Positions 35,674 to 46,320 are shown, counted from the stretch's first letter. The stretch: DNA of 64,000 bases from Polyangiales bacterium (GCA_044229975.1 JBGARZ010000002.1:160001-224000); one strand, 5' to 3'. Translations and numbers: made by a program. The notes: generated from the letters alone by a model not told the origin.

Positions 35674-38604
35674 ATGACCCGCTCTCCCCTCCGTCGCTCA
35701 CTCCGCTGGGCGCTCGCGCTCGTCCTCGCTGCCTCCGTTCCCGCCGCCGCGGATGACCTCGCCGACGAGGCCGACCTCCAGTTCGAGCTCGGCGCCGACC
35801 GCTACCGTCGCGGCGATTTTCGCGAGGCGCTGGAGCACTTCCTCGCGTCCAACCGCCTCGTCCCCAACCGCAACGTTCTCTACAACATCGCGCGCAGCTA
35901 CGAGCAGCTCAACCGCTACCCCGACGCGCACCGCTACTACCTCCAGGCGCTCGACGGCGAGACCGACGCGGCCGCCCGCGCCAACATCGAAGGCGCCCTG
36001 CGCCGCGTGGGCCCCTACGTCGCCGCACTGCGCATCGTCACCGAGCCGCCCGGCGCGACCATCTACATCGACCGCCGCGACCTCGGTCCGCGTGGGGTGA
36101 GCCCGAGGGTTCTGGCGTTTCAGCCTGGGCGCGTGCGCGTCATCGCCGAGCTCGATGGCTACGAGCCTGCCACCGTCGACAACGTCTCCATCCAGCTCGG
36201 AACCGAGTCGCCCGTCATCATCCCGCTACGGCGCATCCTCGGTCGCCTGCACGTCGAGGGCAGCGTGCGCGGCGCCTCCGTGCGCGTCGACGATGAGCAC
36301 GGCCCGGTGGCGTGCACCGTCCCCTGCGACGTCGACCTGCCGCCCGGGCGACGCACGCTGCACGTCTCAGCGGACGGCTATCGCACCCGCGCCGAGTCGG
36401 TCGACGTCGTGGCGCGCGAGACACGATCGACGACGGTGGCGCTCACTCCGGTGACTGGCGGACTCGTGGTGAGCGCCGACGAACGCGACGCGCTGGTCGA
36501 GGTCGACGGGCGCCCGGTCGGCTTCACGCCAGCGGTGGTCGACGTGCAGGTGGGACCGCGTCGTGTCCGGGTGTCGCGCCCGGGCTTCCGCGCCATCGAG
36601 CAGACGGTGCGCGTGACGGAGGGCGCGCAGTCGCGGCTCGACCTCTCGCTGCGGCAGGTGGAGGAGGTGACGGCGGCGTCGCGCGCGGCAGAGAACGTCG
36701 AGGACGCGCCGAGCTCCGTGAGCATCATCACCCGGCAGGAACTCCAGGCCATGGCCTACCCCACCGTTGCCGAGGCGCTGCGTGGGACGCGCGGGGTGTT
36801 TCTCTCCGACGACCGCAACTACCCCACGGTGGGCTTCCGCGGGTACGGGCGGCCCGGTGACTACGGCAACCGCGTGCTCGTGCTGCTCGACGGCACGCCG
36901 CTCAACGACAACTGGGTCAACTCGTCGTACCTCGGGTACGACCTCCGCACCGACCTCGAAGACCTGTCCCGCATCGAGGTGGTGCGCGGCCCAGGGTCGG
37001 TGCTCTACGGGACGGGCGCGTTTTCGGGCGTGGTCAACCTCGTGAGCCGCGGCCGCGACGAGCCCAGCGGCGTCGAGGGGAGTGTGTCCACCAACCAGGA
37101 GGGCGTGGCCCGCGCGCGGGTGATGGGCCGCTACCGACCCAACGCCCACACCGGACTGTGGTTGTCGGTCGCCGGTGCACACAGCCCGGGCCGCGACATT
37201 GCCCTCCCAGAGCTCACGGGTGCTGGCTTCGATGGCACCGCGCGGGGCGTCGACGGCTTCGACGCGGGCACCGTGCTCGGACGAGCGTGGTACCGCGCGC
37301 TCTCGGTCCAGTGGTCGCTGCACTCGCGGCGCAAGGATCTCCCGGGCGGCGCCTATGACGTCGTTCCGGGTCTTGAGGGCAGCTACCTCGCGGACACGCG
37401 CGGGCTCTTCGAGCTGCGCTTCGAGCCTCGGCTCTCCGAGAGCGCCCAGCTCTTCGCGCGGACGGCGCTGCACCACTACGAGTATCGCAGCCAGCTCCGA
37501 CAGTCCGACGACCCTGCCAACCCGACGCGCGAGACCTTCAACGGAACCTGGCTCGACGGCGAGCTCCGCGGCGCCTTCGACGTCGCGCGGGGATTGCGCC
37601 TCAACGTCGGCGCCCAGGGTCAGTACCACCTCGACGCCACGCAGACCTCCGCGCTCGTGCGGCCCGACCGCGCACGGTTGCCCACCGACTTCCGCGATGC
37701 GCGCGCCTTCGGCATCGCAGCGGGCTACCTCACGGCCGAGTGGGGGCCGAGCGAGGTCGTGCGGGTCTCCGGCGCCATCCGCGGCGAGTACTTCAGCACC
37801 ATCGGGCGAGCGCTCCCTGCGCCTCGCGTCGCGCTCATCGTGCGCCCGTACGCGCGCGGCAACCTCAAGCTCATGGGCGGTCGGGCGTTCCGCGTCCCGA
37901 GCATCTACGAGCTCTATTACAACGACGGCGGGGTCACCCAGCAGGCCGCGCCCGGCCTCTCGCCCGAGACCGTGTGGACCGCCGAGGTCGAGTTCTCCCA
38001 CCGCATCGGCACCACCTGGACGGCGCTCGTCAGCTCCTACGTGAACTACCTCGAGAACCTCATCGCGCTGCGGGAGTCACCCGGCAGTCCTGGAGTCGTT
38101 CGCTACGAGAACACCCTCGCGCCCGTCTTCACCATCGGCGCCGAGGCCGAGCTCCGACGCGAGTGGCGGCAGGGCTGGATGGTGAGCGCGAGCTACTCGT
38201 TTCAACGATCGCGCTACGTCACCGACACCAACGCCCGCGCGCAGGATGCGCTGCGCCAGGTCCCCAACGCCCCCGAGCACCTCTTCTCGGTGCGCGCGGC
38301 GGTGCCGGTCGTCCCCGAGCTCGTCACGCTGATGTCCCGCCTCACCGTCGAGGGCCCGCGCTGGGATCGCTTCGATCGCGGCACCGACACCGTCCAGCAG
38401 CAGCGCACCGACCCGAGCGTCATGTGGGACGTCGTGCTCTCCGGGCGCGCCGAGCGCTGGGGCGTTCGGTACGCCGTCGGCGTCTACAACCTCTTCGACT
38501 GGCGCTACGCCACGCCCGTGAGCGGTGAGTTCGACGACCGGCTGCGCTCGATGCCGCAGCTCGGTCGGAGCTTCCTCTTCAGCGCCACCGTCGCGACGCG
38601 CTGA
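35674..38604 (+). CDS. TPR-PEGA-TonB-dependent receptor fusion
   Basis: Signal peptide; TPR (ALEHFLAS...VLYNIARSYEQL); about 3 PEGA repeats (TEPPGATIYID, GASVRVD, ALVEVDGRPVGFTP); plug motifs APSSVSII, AEALRG, RVLVLLDG, RIEVVRGPGSVLYGTGAFSGVVNL; barrel with GRAFRVPS and VYNLFD. Confidence 0.92.
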   Translation: MTRSPLRRSLRWALALVLAASVPAAADDLADEADLQFELGADRYRRGDFREALEHFLASNRLVPNRNVLYNIARSYEQLNRYPDAHRYYLQALDGETDAAARANIEGALRRVGPYVAALRIVTEPPGATIYIDRRDLGPRGVSPRVLAFQPGRVRVIAELDGYEPATVDNVSIQLGTESPVIIPLRRILGRLHVEGSVRGASVRVDDEHGPVACTVPCDVDLPPGRRTLHVSADGYRTRAESVDVVARETRSTTVALTPVTGGLVVSADERDALVEVDGRPVGFTPAVVDVQVGPRRVRVSRPGFRAIEQTVRVTEGAQSRLDLSLRQVEEVTAASRAAENVEDAPSSVSIITRQELQAMAYPTVAEALRGTRGVFLSDDRNYPTVGFRGYGRPGDYGNRVLVLLDGTPLNDNWVNSSYLGYDLRTDLEDLSRIEVVRGPGSVLYGTGAFSGVVNLVSRGRDEPSGVEGSVSTNQEGVARARVMGRYRPNAHTGLWLSVAGAHSPGRDIALPELTGAGFDGTARGVDGFDAGTVLGRAWYRALSVQWSLHSRRKDLPGGAYDVVPGLEGSYLADTRGLFELRFEPRLSESAQLFARTALHHYEYRSQLRQSDDPANPTRETFNGTWLDGELRGAFDVARGLRLNVGAQGQYHLDATQTSALVRPDRARLPTDFRDARAFGIAAGYLTAEWGPSEVVRVSGAIRGEYFSTIGRALPAPRVALIVRPYARGNLKLMGGRAFRVPSIYELYYNDGGVTQQAAPGLSPETVWTAEVEFSHRIGTTWTALVSSYVNYLENLIALRESPGSPGVVRYENTLAPVFTIGAEAELRREWRQGWMVSASYSFQRSRYVTDTNARAQDALRQVPNAPEHLFSVRAAVPVVPELVTLMSRLTVEGPRWDRFDRGTDTVQQQRTDPSVMWDVVLSGRAERWGVRYAVGVYNLFDWRYATPVSGEFDDRLRSMPQLGRSFLFSATVATR

Positions 38605-38610
38605 CCCGCC

Positions 38611-41451
38611 TCACGGCCGGGTGATGGCCACCGAGAACGACCCCGTGTTCGACAAGAAGCCATCCACCGTGAAGACGTGGATGCCGGCGCCGGCGGGGAT
38701 GCTGCTGCTGATGGTCGACTGCAACCCGCACGCGTCGTCGTTGCAAGCGTCGCCCCCACCCGCCGGGTTGCGCAGGTAGATGAGCGTGTCCCAGGACGCG
38801 CGGGAGCACGTCGTCGCCGTAAAGCCGCCGCCGCCGAAGTCCGGGCAGGAGCGCCACCACCACGTCGCCTCGCCCGCGCCGCCGCCGCACGTGCTGCCCA
38901 TCAGACCGGAGCCCGACGTCGCGCCCGACTGGGTGGTGCTCCCCTGGGGGAGCAGGTTGACGGCGCCGCTGCCGACCGCCATGTGCTGCACCCGCAAGTT
39001 GAAGTTGCCGGTCTGCCCGTAATAGCCGGCCACCATCAGGTACCAGGTGCCGGGGCTGAGCAGCGCCACGACCTGCGACTGGACCCCTCCTCCGCCGCAC
39101 CCGGCGCCGCCCATGTCGTCGTTGCAGAGAACCTCTCCCGCGACGCTCGTGGTCGTCAGGGCGGTGCCGCAGTCGCGCGCGAAGTAGAGCACCGTGTCGA
39201 AGGCGCTGCCCTGCGAGTCGGCGTAGACCAGCTCGCGGGAAGGCCCGGGGACGTCGATGCGGTAGTACACGTCGGCGCCGACGTTGAACCCACAGCCCGC
39301 CGGGGCGGCGACCGAGAGCCCGGCGCCCACGTTGGTGCCGGTGAGGTTGATGTTGGCCGACGCGAAGGAGATCGCCTGCGCGCCGCCGCAGGTGTCGTTG
39401 GGCGGGCCCGCCGCGACGCACGACCCCGAGGTGCACACCTGGCTGCTCGCGCACGAGTTGCCGCACCCGCCGCAGTTGCGCGCGTCGTTGGAGAGGTTGA
39501 CGCAGCTCCCGCCGCAGAAGGTCGTGCCCGGGGCGCAGACGCTCGCACAGCTCCCACCGGAGCACGCCGTGCCCGGACCGCAGCTCCGGCCGCACGTCCC
39601 GCAGTTGCCGTTGTTGTTGGCAAGGTTCGTCTCGCACCCGCTCGCCGCCGATCCGTCGCAGTCGCCGAAGCCCGCGACGCACGCTGCGATGGCGCACCCG
39701 CCCGACGCGCACATCGCCGTCGCGAAGGGCAGCGCGCACGACTGGCCGCAGGCCCCGCAGTGCGCGGTGCTCGCCTGGAGGTTGGTCTCGCAGCCGTCGG
39801 CCTCGCTGCCGTTGCAGTTGCCGAAACCGCCGTTGCATCCCGCGAGCGCGCAGCCGCCGCCCGCGCACGCCGCCGTCGCGTTGGGCCGCGAGCACACCAT
39901 CCCGCAGGCGCCGCAGTGCATCACGCTCTCGCGCAGGTTGGTCTCGCACCCGTCGGCCGCGCTCCCGTTGCAGTCGCCGAAGCCCACGCCGCACGTGAGC
40001 CCGCACGCGCCGCCCGCGCACGCCGGCGTGGCGTTGGAGGCGCCGTCGCAACGCCGTCCGCACGCGCCGCAATGCTCCACGTCGGACTCCAGCCGCGCGC
40101 AGCGGTCGGCGCAAAACGTCGTCCCGGTCATGCACACGCTGGTGCAGGTTCCGCCCGCGCAGGCCGTGCCCGCCTCGCACCGGTGCTCGCACGCGCCGCA
40201 GTGAGCGCTCTCGTTGGTGAGGTCGACCTCGCAGCCGTTGGCCGCGTTGCCGTCGCAGTCGGCCCACCCCCGCTCGCAGGTGGCGATCACGCAGCGCGAC
40301 GCCGCGCACGCCACGCTCGCGTGCGAGATCGCGCAGGTCACGCCGCAGCCGCCGCAGTGGGCCGCGCTCGTCGCCACGAAGACCTCGCAGCCGTTGGCCG
40401 CGTTGCCGTCGCAGTCGCTGAAGCCCGCCTCACAGGTGATGCCGCACATGGCCATGGTGCAGGTCGCCGTGGCGTTGAGGCCCGCGGGGCAGCGGGTCGC
40501 GCACGCGCCGCAGTGCTCGGGGCTCCCGGCGAGGGCGGTCTCGCAGCCGTTGGTCGCGTCGCCGTCGCAGTCGCCGAAGCCCGCCTCGCACTCGACCACG
40601 CAGGCGCCCGCCATGCACCGCGTCGCCGCGTTGACGCCCCGCGGGCACGCGCGCCCACAGCCGCCGCAGTTGGCCGGGTCGGTCGCCAGCTCGGACTCGC
40701 AGCCGTTGGCCGCGGCCCGGTCGCAGTCGCCGAAGCCCGCGTTGCAGGCGCCCACTGCGCAGGCCGCCGCCGCGCAGGTCGCCGTGCCGTTGGTGGCGTT
40801 GCACGCCGCGCCGCAGCGGCCGCAGTTCATCGGGTCGCTGTCGGGCGTCGCGCAGCGGCCGAGGCAGCACGCGCCGCCGGTGCCACACGCGTTGCCGCAG
40901 GCGCCGCAGTGGGCCTCGCTGGCGTTGACGTCGACGCACTGGTCGCCGCAGCAGGTGTTGCCCACGCCGCACGGGTGGGCCTCGTTGCAACCGGGCACGC
41001 ACACCGTGTCGACGCAGAGCGTCCCGGGCACGCAGTCGTTGTCGACGGCGCAGCCCGTGCAGCGGTGCGACGCGAGGTCGCAGCGGGTGACGCCGCCGCC
41101 GCAGTCGTCGTCGTCGTCGCAGCCCACCTGACACGCCCGCGCCGTAGGGTCGCAGTAGCTCCCGAGCAGGCAGGTGTTGCCGCCGACGACACAGCCCACG
41201 CAGCGCCCGCGCGCGGTGTCACAGATCGCGCCGCCCGGGGCCGACCGGCAGTCGTCATTGCTGGCGCAGGAGGTGCCGCCGTCGTCCGGGGCCTTGGGCC
41301 CATCGTCGGTCGCGTCGGCGACCACGGAACCGTCCGCGGCGGGGAGGCGCGGGTCGACCATGCCGCCCCGGGCGCACCCGGCTGCGACGATCGAACAGAG
41401 CGCCGCGATGAGCATCGACAGGCGCAGGACAGGACTCGACGGACAGGGCAT
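38611..41451 (-). CDS. Large Cys-rich repeat surface lipoprotein
   Basis: Lipobox-like VAAGC; seven G(F/W)x(D/N)C...GCE units and many (H/N)CGxC motifs; two C-terminal beta domains, each with DTxxY...CNDD. Start uncertain (41451 or 41415). Confidence 0.88.
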   Translation of the reverse strand: MPCPSSPVLRLSMLIAALCSIVAAGCARGGMVDPRLPAADGSVVADATDDGPKAPDDGGTSCASNDDCRSAPGGAICDTARGRCVGCVVGGNTCLLGSYCDPTARACQVGCDDDDDCGGGVTRCDLASHRCTGCAVDNDCVPGTLCVDTVCVPGCNEAHPCGVGNTCCGDQCVDVNASEAHCGACGNACGTGGACCLGRCATPDSDPMNCGRCGAACNATNGTATCAAAACAVGACNAGFGDCDRAAANGCESELATDPANCGGCGRACPRGVNAATRCMAGACVVECEAGFGDCDGDATNGCETALAGSPEHCGACATRCPAGLNATATCTMAMCGITCEAGFSDCDGNAANGCEVFVATSAAHCGGCGVTCAISHASVACAASRCVIATCERGWADCDGNAANGCEVDLTNESAHCGACEHRCEAGTACAGGTCTSVCMTGTTFCADRCARLESDVEHCGACGRRCDGASNATPACAGGACGLTCGVGFGDCNGSAADGCETNLRESVMHCGACGMVCSRPNATAACAGGGCALAGCNGGFGNCNGSEADGCETNLQASTAHCGACGQSCALPFATAMCASGGCAIAACVAGFGDCDGSAASGCETNLANNNGNCGTCGRSCGPGTACSGGSCASVCAPGTTFCGGSCVNLSNDARNCGGCGNSCASSQVCTSGSCVAAGPPNDTCGGAQAISFASANINLTGTNVGAGLSVAAPAGCGFNVGADVYYRIDVPGPSRELVYADSQGSAFDTVLYFARDCGTALTTTSVAGEVLCNDDMGGAGCGGGGVQSQVVALLSPGTWYLMVAGYYGQTGNFNLRVQHMAVGSGAVNLLPQGSTTQSGATSGSGLMGSTCGGGAGEATWWWRSCPDFGGGGFTATTCSRASWDTLIYLRNPAGGGDACNDDACGLQSTISSSIPAGAGIHVFTVDGFLSNTGSFSVAITRP

Positions 41452-41588
41452 GGGACAGCTCCACTGGAGGCCTTTCGGTTCGCGCGGGGCGAAGGGCCGC
41501 GCCCAGCATATCAGAGCCCCCTGTGCGCTCGCCCCCTGCGTCAATCTGTCCACTAGCGCCGCGATCGCGGGGCCGTACCATCGCGCCC

Positions 41589-42242
41589 ATGAGCGATGAG
41601 CGCGCGCCGGGTGGTCGGGTCTTCGGGTGCTTCATCGTCGCCGCGGCGATCACCGTCAGCGGCTGCACCCACGACGACGGGGTGGTGTCGGCCGCGTGCG
41701 GCGATCCGCTCCAATTGAGCCTGCCCGACTGCACCAGCGGCGCCGATCGCTTCTCCGACGAGGCGTGCACCGTGCTCGACGACGCCATCACCACCCGCGT
41801 GTCGACGGTGGACGCGCGCGCCGCCACCATCACGGCTCCGGCCGAGGGTGAGCGTGTCCCTTCTGCAACGCCATACGCCTTCACGTGGACGGCGCCCGTC
41901 GCGTGGCGCCCGCGGCCCCGCGCGCCGCGCGCGTTCACCTTCGCGGACGATCTGCGGCGCTGGACGACGCTCATCCCAGAGGCCGAGGCCCACTGCGAGC
42001 CCTTCACGGGTCGCGCCTACGAGCTGCGCTTCACCGCGGGCGGCACCACGGTCTTCCGCCGCCAGACCTCGGCGCTCTCGTGGACGCCCTCCGCGCGCGA
42101 CTGGGGACTCATCACAGGCGGCGCTGGCAGTAGCCGCGCCATCGAGCTCACCATCTATACGGCGCTGTTCAACGGTGGGACCGTCGGCACGGGCTCGGGG
42201 CCGTTTCGACCGACGGCGGTGCGTCGCTTCACGGTGCAGTGA
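41589..42242 (+). CDS. Putative lipoprotein
   Basis: Hydrophobic stretch ending TVSGC; beta-rich domain. Confidence 0.65.
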   Translation: MSDERAPGGRVFGCFIVAAAITVSGCTHDDGVVSAACGDPLQLSLPDCTSGADRFSDEACTVLDDAITTRVSTVDARAATITAPAEGERVPSATPYAFTWTAPVAWRPRPRAPRAFTFADDLRRWTTLIPEAEAHCEPFTGRAYELRFTAGGTTVFRRQTSALSWTPSARDWGLITGGAGSSRAIELTIYTALFNGGTVGTGSGPFRPTAVRRFTVQ

Positions 42243-43101
42243 CGCGCGTGTCCTCCAGCCATCGCACGAGGTGCGCGTTGACGATCTCGGGCTGCTCCTG
42301 TTGGAGGAAGTGACCGCAGCGCGGCACGCGCTGGATGCGTAGATCACGGGCGAAGCGCGAGTGCGGCGCGAGCAGGTCGATGCCGAGCACCCGGTCTTCC
42401 TCCGCCCAGAGCAGGAGCCCGGGCTGCTCGATGACGGGGTACGGCGCGACGTCGAGCGCGCCGCGAAGCACCGCGCGGTAGTAGGCCAGCATCGGGGCCA
42501 CGGCCTCCGGGGTGGAGGCGCTCTCGCGAAACGGCGCGACGGCCTCCGGGGTGAAACGCGAGGGGTCGACGGCCATCCCGCGAAAGGTGCGCTCGACCGC
42601 CACGCCGTGGTCGCGCGACAGCAGACGCTCGGGCAGCCACGGCAGGTTGAACATGAACATGTACCAGCTCCGACGGAGCTGCCCCGGCGAGCGCAGGAGG
42701 GCGTTGCGCAGGACGGCGGGGTGCGGGCAGTTGAGCGCCGCGTAGCGCGACACCTTCGCGGGGTGACGGCTCACCACCTCCCAGGTGAGCGCCGCGCCCC
42801 AGTCGTGTCCGATGACGGTCGCGGTGTCCTCGCCGAGCGCGCCGATGAGCTCCGCGAGGTCGCGCCCGAGGTTGGCGATCTCGTAGCCGTCGGTGGGCTT
42901 GTCGCTCAGGCCATAGCCGCGCAGGTCTGGGGCGACCACGCGGTAGCCCGCGGCGGCGATGGCCGGAATCTGCGCGCGCCACGAAAACCACCGCTCGGGA
43001 AACCCGTGCACCAGCAGCACCAGCGGACCGTTGCCCTGGGTCGCGTAGTGAAACCGCACTCCGTTGGCCACCACGCTCGACTCGATCAGCGCACCACTCA
43101 T
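42229..43101 (-). CDS. Alpha/beta hydrolase, epoxide hydrolase-like
   Basis: LVHGFPE..FSWR, APDLRGYGLS, GHDWG nucleophile, SWY, GHFLQQEQP. Confidence 0.93.
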   Translation of the reverse strand: MSGALIESSVVANGVRFHYATQGNGPLVLLVHGFPERWFSWRAQIPAIAAAGYRVVAPDLRGYGLSDKPTDGYEIANLGRDLAELIGALGEDTATVIGHDWGAALTWEVVSRHPAKVSRYAALNCPHPAVLRNALLRSPGQLRRSWYMFMFNLPWLPERLLSRDHGVAVERTFRGMAVDPSRFTPEAVAPFRESASTPEAVAPMLAYYRAVLRGALDVAPYPVIEQPGLLLWAEEDRVLGIDLLAPHSRFARDLRIQRVPRCGHFLQQEQPEIVNAHLVRWLEDTRVTAP

Positions 43102-43179
43102 TCGTCGCTTCCCTGCTCCTTCGCGCGCACGGTACAACGGCGCCGCAAACGTCGACGCGCCAAGAGGAGTTCCCACGCC

Positions 43180-43938
<759 letters not shown>

Positions 43939-43951
43939 AACCGCGACCCTC

Positions 43952-44713
43952 ATGGACCCCAACCGGCTGCGCGAGCTGCTCGAACAGGTAGGCACCGGGG
44001 CGCTCTCCGTCGACGCAGCGATGACGGGGCTGCGCGACCTGCCCTTCGTCGACCTCGGATACGCCACCGTCGACCATCACCGGGCGTTGCGGCAGGGCAT
44101 CCCCGAGGTGATCCTCGGTGAGGGCAAGACAGCCGCGCAGATCGTCGGCATCACCGAAGAACTCTCGCGCCGCTCGGCCAACGTCCTCATCACCCGCATC
44201 GACCCCGAGAAGGCCGCGGCGGTGCGCGCCCATCTCCCCGCGGTGCAACATCACGCGGTCGCCCGCATCGCGACGCTGGAGACGCATGCGATCCCTCCGC
44301 TCGGCGCCAACCCCGTGGCGGTGATCTGCGCGGGCACCTCCGACGCGCCCGTCGCCGAAGAGGCGTGCGAGACGCTGCGGATGTTCGGCGTCTCGGTCGA
44401 GCGCGTGTACGACGTGGGCGTCGCGGGCATCCATCGCCTGCTCGCGCGCCGCGCGGTGTTCGACCGCTGCTCGGTGGCCATCGTGGTCGCGGGCATGGAG
44501 GGCGCGCTCCCGAGCGCGGTCGGCGGGATGGTATCCATCCCGGTGATCGCCGTGCCGACCTCGGTGGGCTACGGCGCGGCGCTCGGTGGCCTCGCGGCGC
44601 TCGCGTCGATGCTCACGAGCTGCGCGTCGGGCGTGACCGTCTGCAACATCGACAACGGCTTCGGTGCGGCCTTCGCGGCCGCTCGCATCCTCCAGAGCGC
44701 CGCGCGCTACTGA
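43952..44713 (+). CDS. larB: Nickel pincer cofactor biosynthesis protein LarB (AIR carboxylase family)
   Basis: DHHRALRQGIPEVILGEGKT, AGTSD, DVGVAGIHRL, VAGMEGALPS, PTSVGYG, CASG...NIDNGFGA. Confidence 0.93.
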   Translation: MDPNRLRELLEQVGTGALSVDAAMTGLRDLPFVDLGYATVDHHRALRQGIPEVILGEGKTAAQIVGITEELSRRSANVLITRIDPEKAAAVRAHLPAVQHHAVARIATLETHAIPPLGANPVAVICAGTSDAPVAEEACETLRMFGVSVERVYDVGVAGIHRLLARRAVFDRCSVAIVVAGMEGALPSAVGGMVSIPVIAVPTSVGYGAALGGLAALASMLTSCASGVTVCNIDNGFGAAFAAARILQSAARY

Positions 44714-44761
44714 GCGCCGGCGAGCGCGCGAAGGGCGCCGTCTACCGACGCTGAAATGAAG

Positions 44762-44796
44762 ACAGCCGGTGTGACCTTGAGGGGTCCACCGGCTGT
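44762..44796. terminator. Hairpin between convergent larB and tRNA-Val
   Basis: Perfect 10-bp stem ACAGCCGGTG / CACCGGCTGT plus inner GACC/GGTC; followed by CTTCATTTC on the minus strand. Confidence 0.7.
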
Positions 44797-44804
44797 GGTT
44801 CTTG

Positions 44805-44876
44805 TACGGGCAGTAGGATTTGAACCTACGACTTCGACCGTGTGAAGGTCGCACTCTACCGCTGAGTTATGCCCGC
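44805..44876 (-). tRNA. tRNA-Val (anticodon CAC)
   Basis: GCGGGCATAACTCAGCGGTAGAGTGCGACCTTCACACGGTCGAAGTCGTAGGTTCAAATCCTACTGCCCGTA folds as a cloverleaf; anticodon arm CGACC-TTCACAC-GGTCG. Confidence 0.96.
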
Positions 44877-44944
44877 GGAGGGACCGGATGGATACTCCCG
44901 GCCCCGTTGATCTGTCAACGAAGAATCATCGCGCCGAAGCGCGC

Positions 44945-45385
44945 TCAGTCTTCGGGACGGTTGTGCACGAGCACGCGACTCGCGCCGTCGAAGTGCACCT
45001 CGATCTTGTCGTCGGCGAGCACGGTGGTGACCACGCCGGTGCCGAAGACCTTGTGGGAGACCCACTGGTCCTTGGCGAACTTCTCCGTCATCCGGTAGCT
45101 GTGGATGCGGGCGCCCGGCGGCGGAGCGATGGTGATGTGCTCCTCCGGGTCGCTCTTCTTCGGCTTCGCCGGCCGCGGAACATTCACTGCCCCCGTCGCC
45201 TTCGCCGTCTTGTCGGCGGGCACCGCGCTCGACTTGGGCGCGCGGTAGTTGTGGGTGCCGTAGCAGGTACGGCACTCCACCTTGACGGGCTTGTTGCCCA
45301 CCACCGCTATGATGCGGTGCGTGAGGTCCATACGGCAGCGCGTGCAGTACGCGTCGATCTCGATCCCAGCCTTCAGCAGGGCCAT
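44945..45385 (-). CDS. Zinc-ribbon protein with C-terminal Tudor/SH3-like domain
   Basis: YCTRC...VECRTC (two CxxC); C-terminal WVSHKVFGTGVV...KIEVHF resembles the UvrD/PcrA C-terminal Tudor motif. Confidence 0.8.
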   Translation of the reverse strand: MALLKAGIEIDAYCTRCRMDLTHRIIAVVGNKPVKVECRTCYGTHNYRAPKSSAVPADKTAKATGAVNVPRPAKPKKSDPEEHITIAPPPGARIHSYRMTEKFAKDQWVSHKVFGTGVVTTVLADDKIEVHFDGASRVLVHNRPED

Positions 45386-45459
45386 TTCGGTGTCGCTCCA
45401 ACGGGGGCACCGCGCGCTGCTGGTGCGCCCTCGCGCCGTCGTGCTAGCAGCCTCGGGGC

Positions 45460-46320
45460 ATGACCGTAAAGCCCTCATCGACATCGCCCGTCGCGCGCCT
45501 CGTGTCGGTGATGCAGCGCCTGCTCGCATCCGACGGCTGTCCGTGGGATCGCGAGCAGACCCTGAGCTCCCTCAAGCGCTACTCCGTCGAGGAGGCTTTC
45601 GAGGTCTGCGACGCCATCGACGGCCTCGGCGACGACGCGAAGCGGGCGATTACACAGTCGGGTGAAATCACCCACGGCGCCGACGACCCCGCCGTCGCGC
45701 ACCACCGCGAAGAGCTCGGCGACCTCCTGCTCCAGGTGGTGTTTCAGAGCGAGCTCGCGCGCGCCTTCGGGTGGTTCACGCTGGAGCACGTGGTGCACGA
45801 CATCTGCGAGAAGATGGAGCGGCGGCACCCGCACGTGTTCGGCGACGAGAAGGTCGACGGCTCGGCCGAGGTGCTCTCGAACTGGGAGAAGCTGAAGCTC
45901 GCCGAGAAGAAGGGTCGCGGGCTGTTGGAGGGCATTCCCCGTGGAATGCCAGCGCTGCTCTTCGCGCTGCGCATGGGCGACAAGGCGTCGCGGGTGGGCT
46001 TCGACTGGCCCGACGCCACGGGGCCGCGCGCGCGCATCGACGAGGAGCTCGCCGAGTTCGACGCGGCGGTGGCGTCGGGCGACCGCGAGGCGATGACCGA
46101 CGAGCTCGGCGACGTGCTCTTCTCGGTGGTCAACACGGCGCGCAAGCAGGGCATCGACCCGGAGGACGCCCTCACCCGCTGCAACCGTCGCTTCGCGTCG
46201 CGCTTCGCCCGCGTCGAGGCGCTCGCGAAGGCCGACGGTCGCGCCATCGACGCGCACAGCGAGGCGGAGCTCGAAGCGTACTGGCAGCAGGCCAAGGCCG
46301 ACGAGCGCGCGGGCCGCTGA
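45460..46320 (+). CDS. mazG: Nucleoside triphosphate pyrophosphohydrolase MazG (two-domain)
   Basis: GCPWDREQT, EEAFEV, EELGDLLLQVVF, RRHPHVF, VGFDW, ELGDVLFS, PEDAL. Confidence 0.96.
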   Translation: MTVKPSSTSPVARLVSVMQRLLASDGCPWDREQTLSSLKRYSVEEAFEVCDAIDGLGDDAKRAITQSGEITHGADDPAVAHHREELGDLLLQVVFQSELARAFGWFTLEHVVHDICEKMERRHPHVFGDEKVDGSAEVLSNWEKLKLAEKKGRGLLEGIPRGMPALLFALRMGDKASRVGFDWPDATGPRARIDEELAEFDAAVASGDREAMTDELGDVLFSVVNTARKQGIDPEDALTRCNRRFASRFARVEALAKADGRAIDAHSEAELEAYWQQAKADERAGR

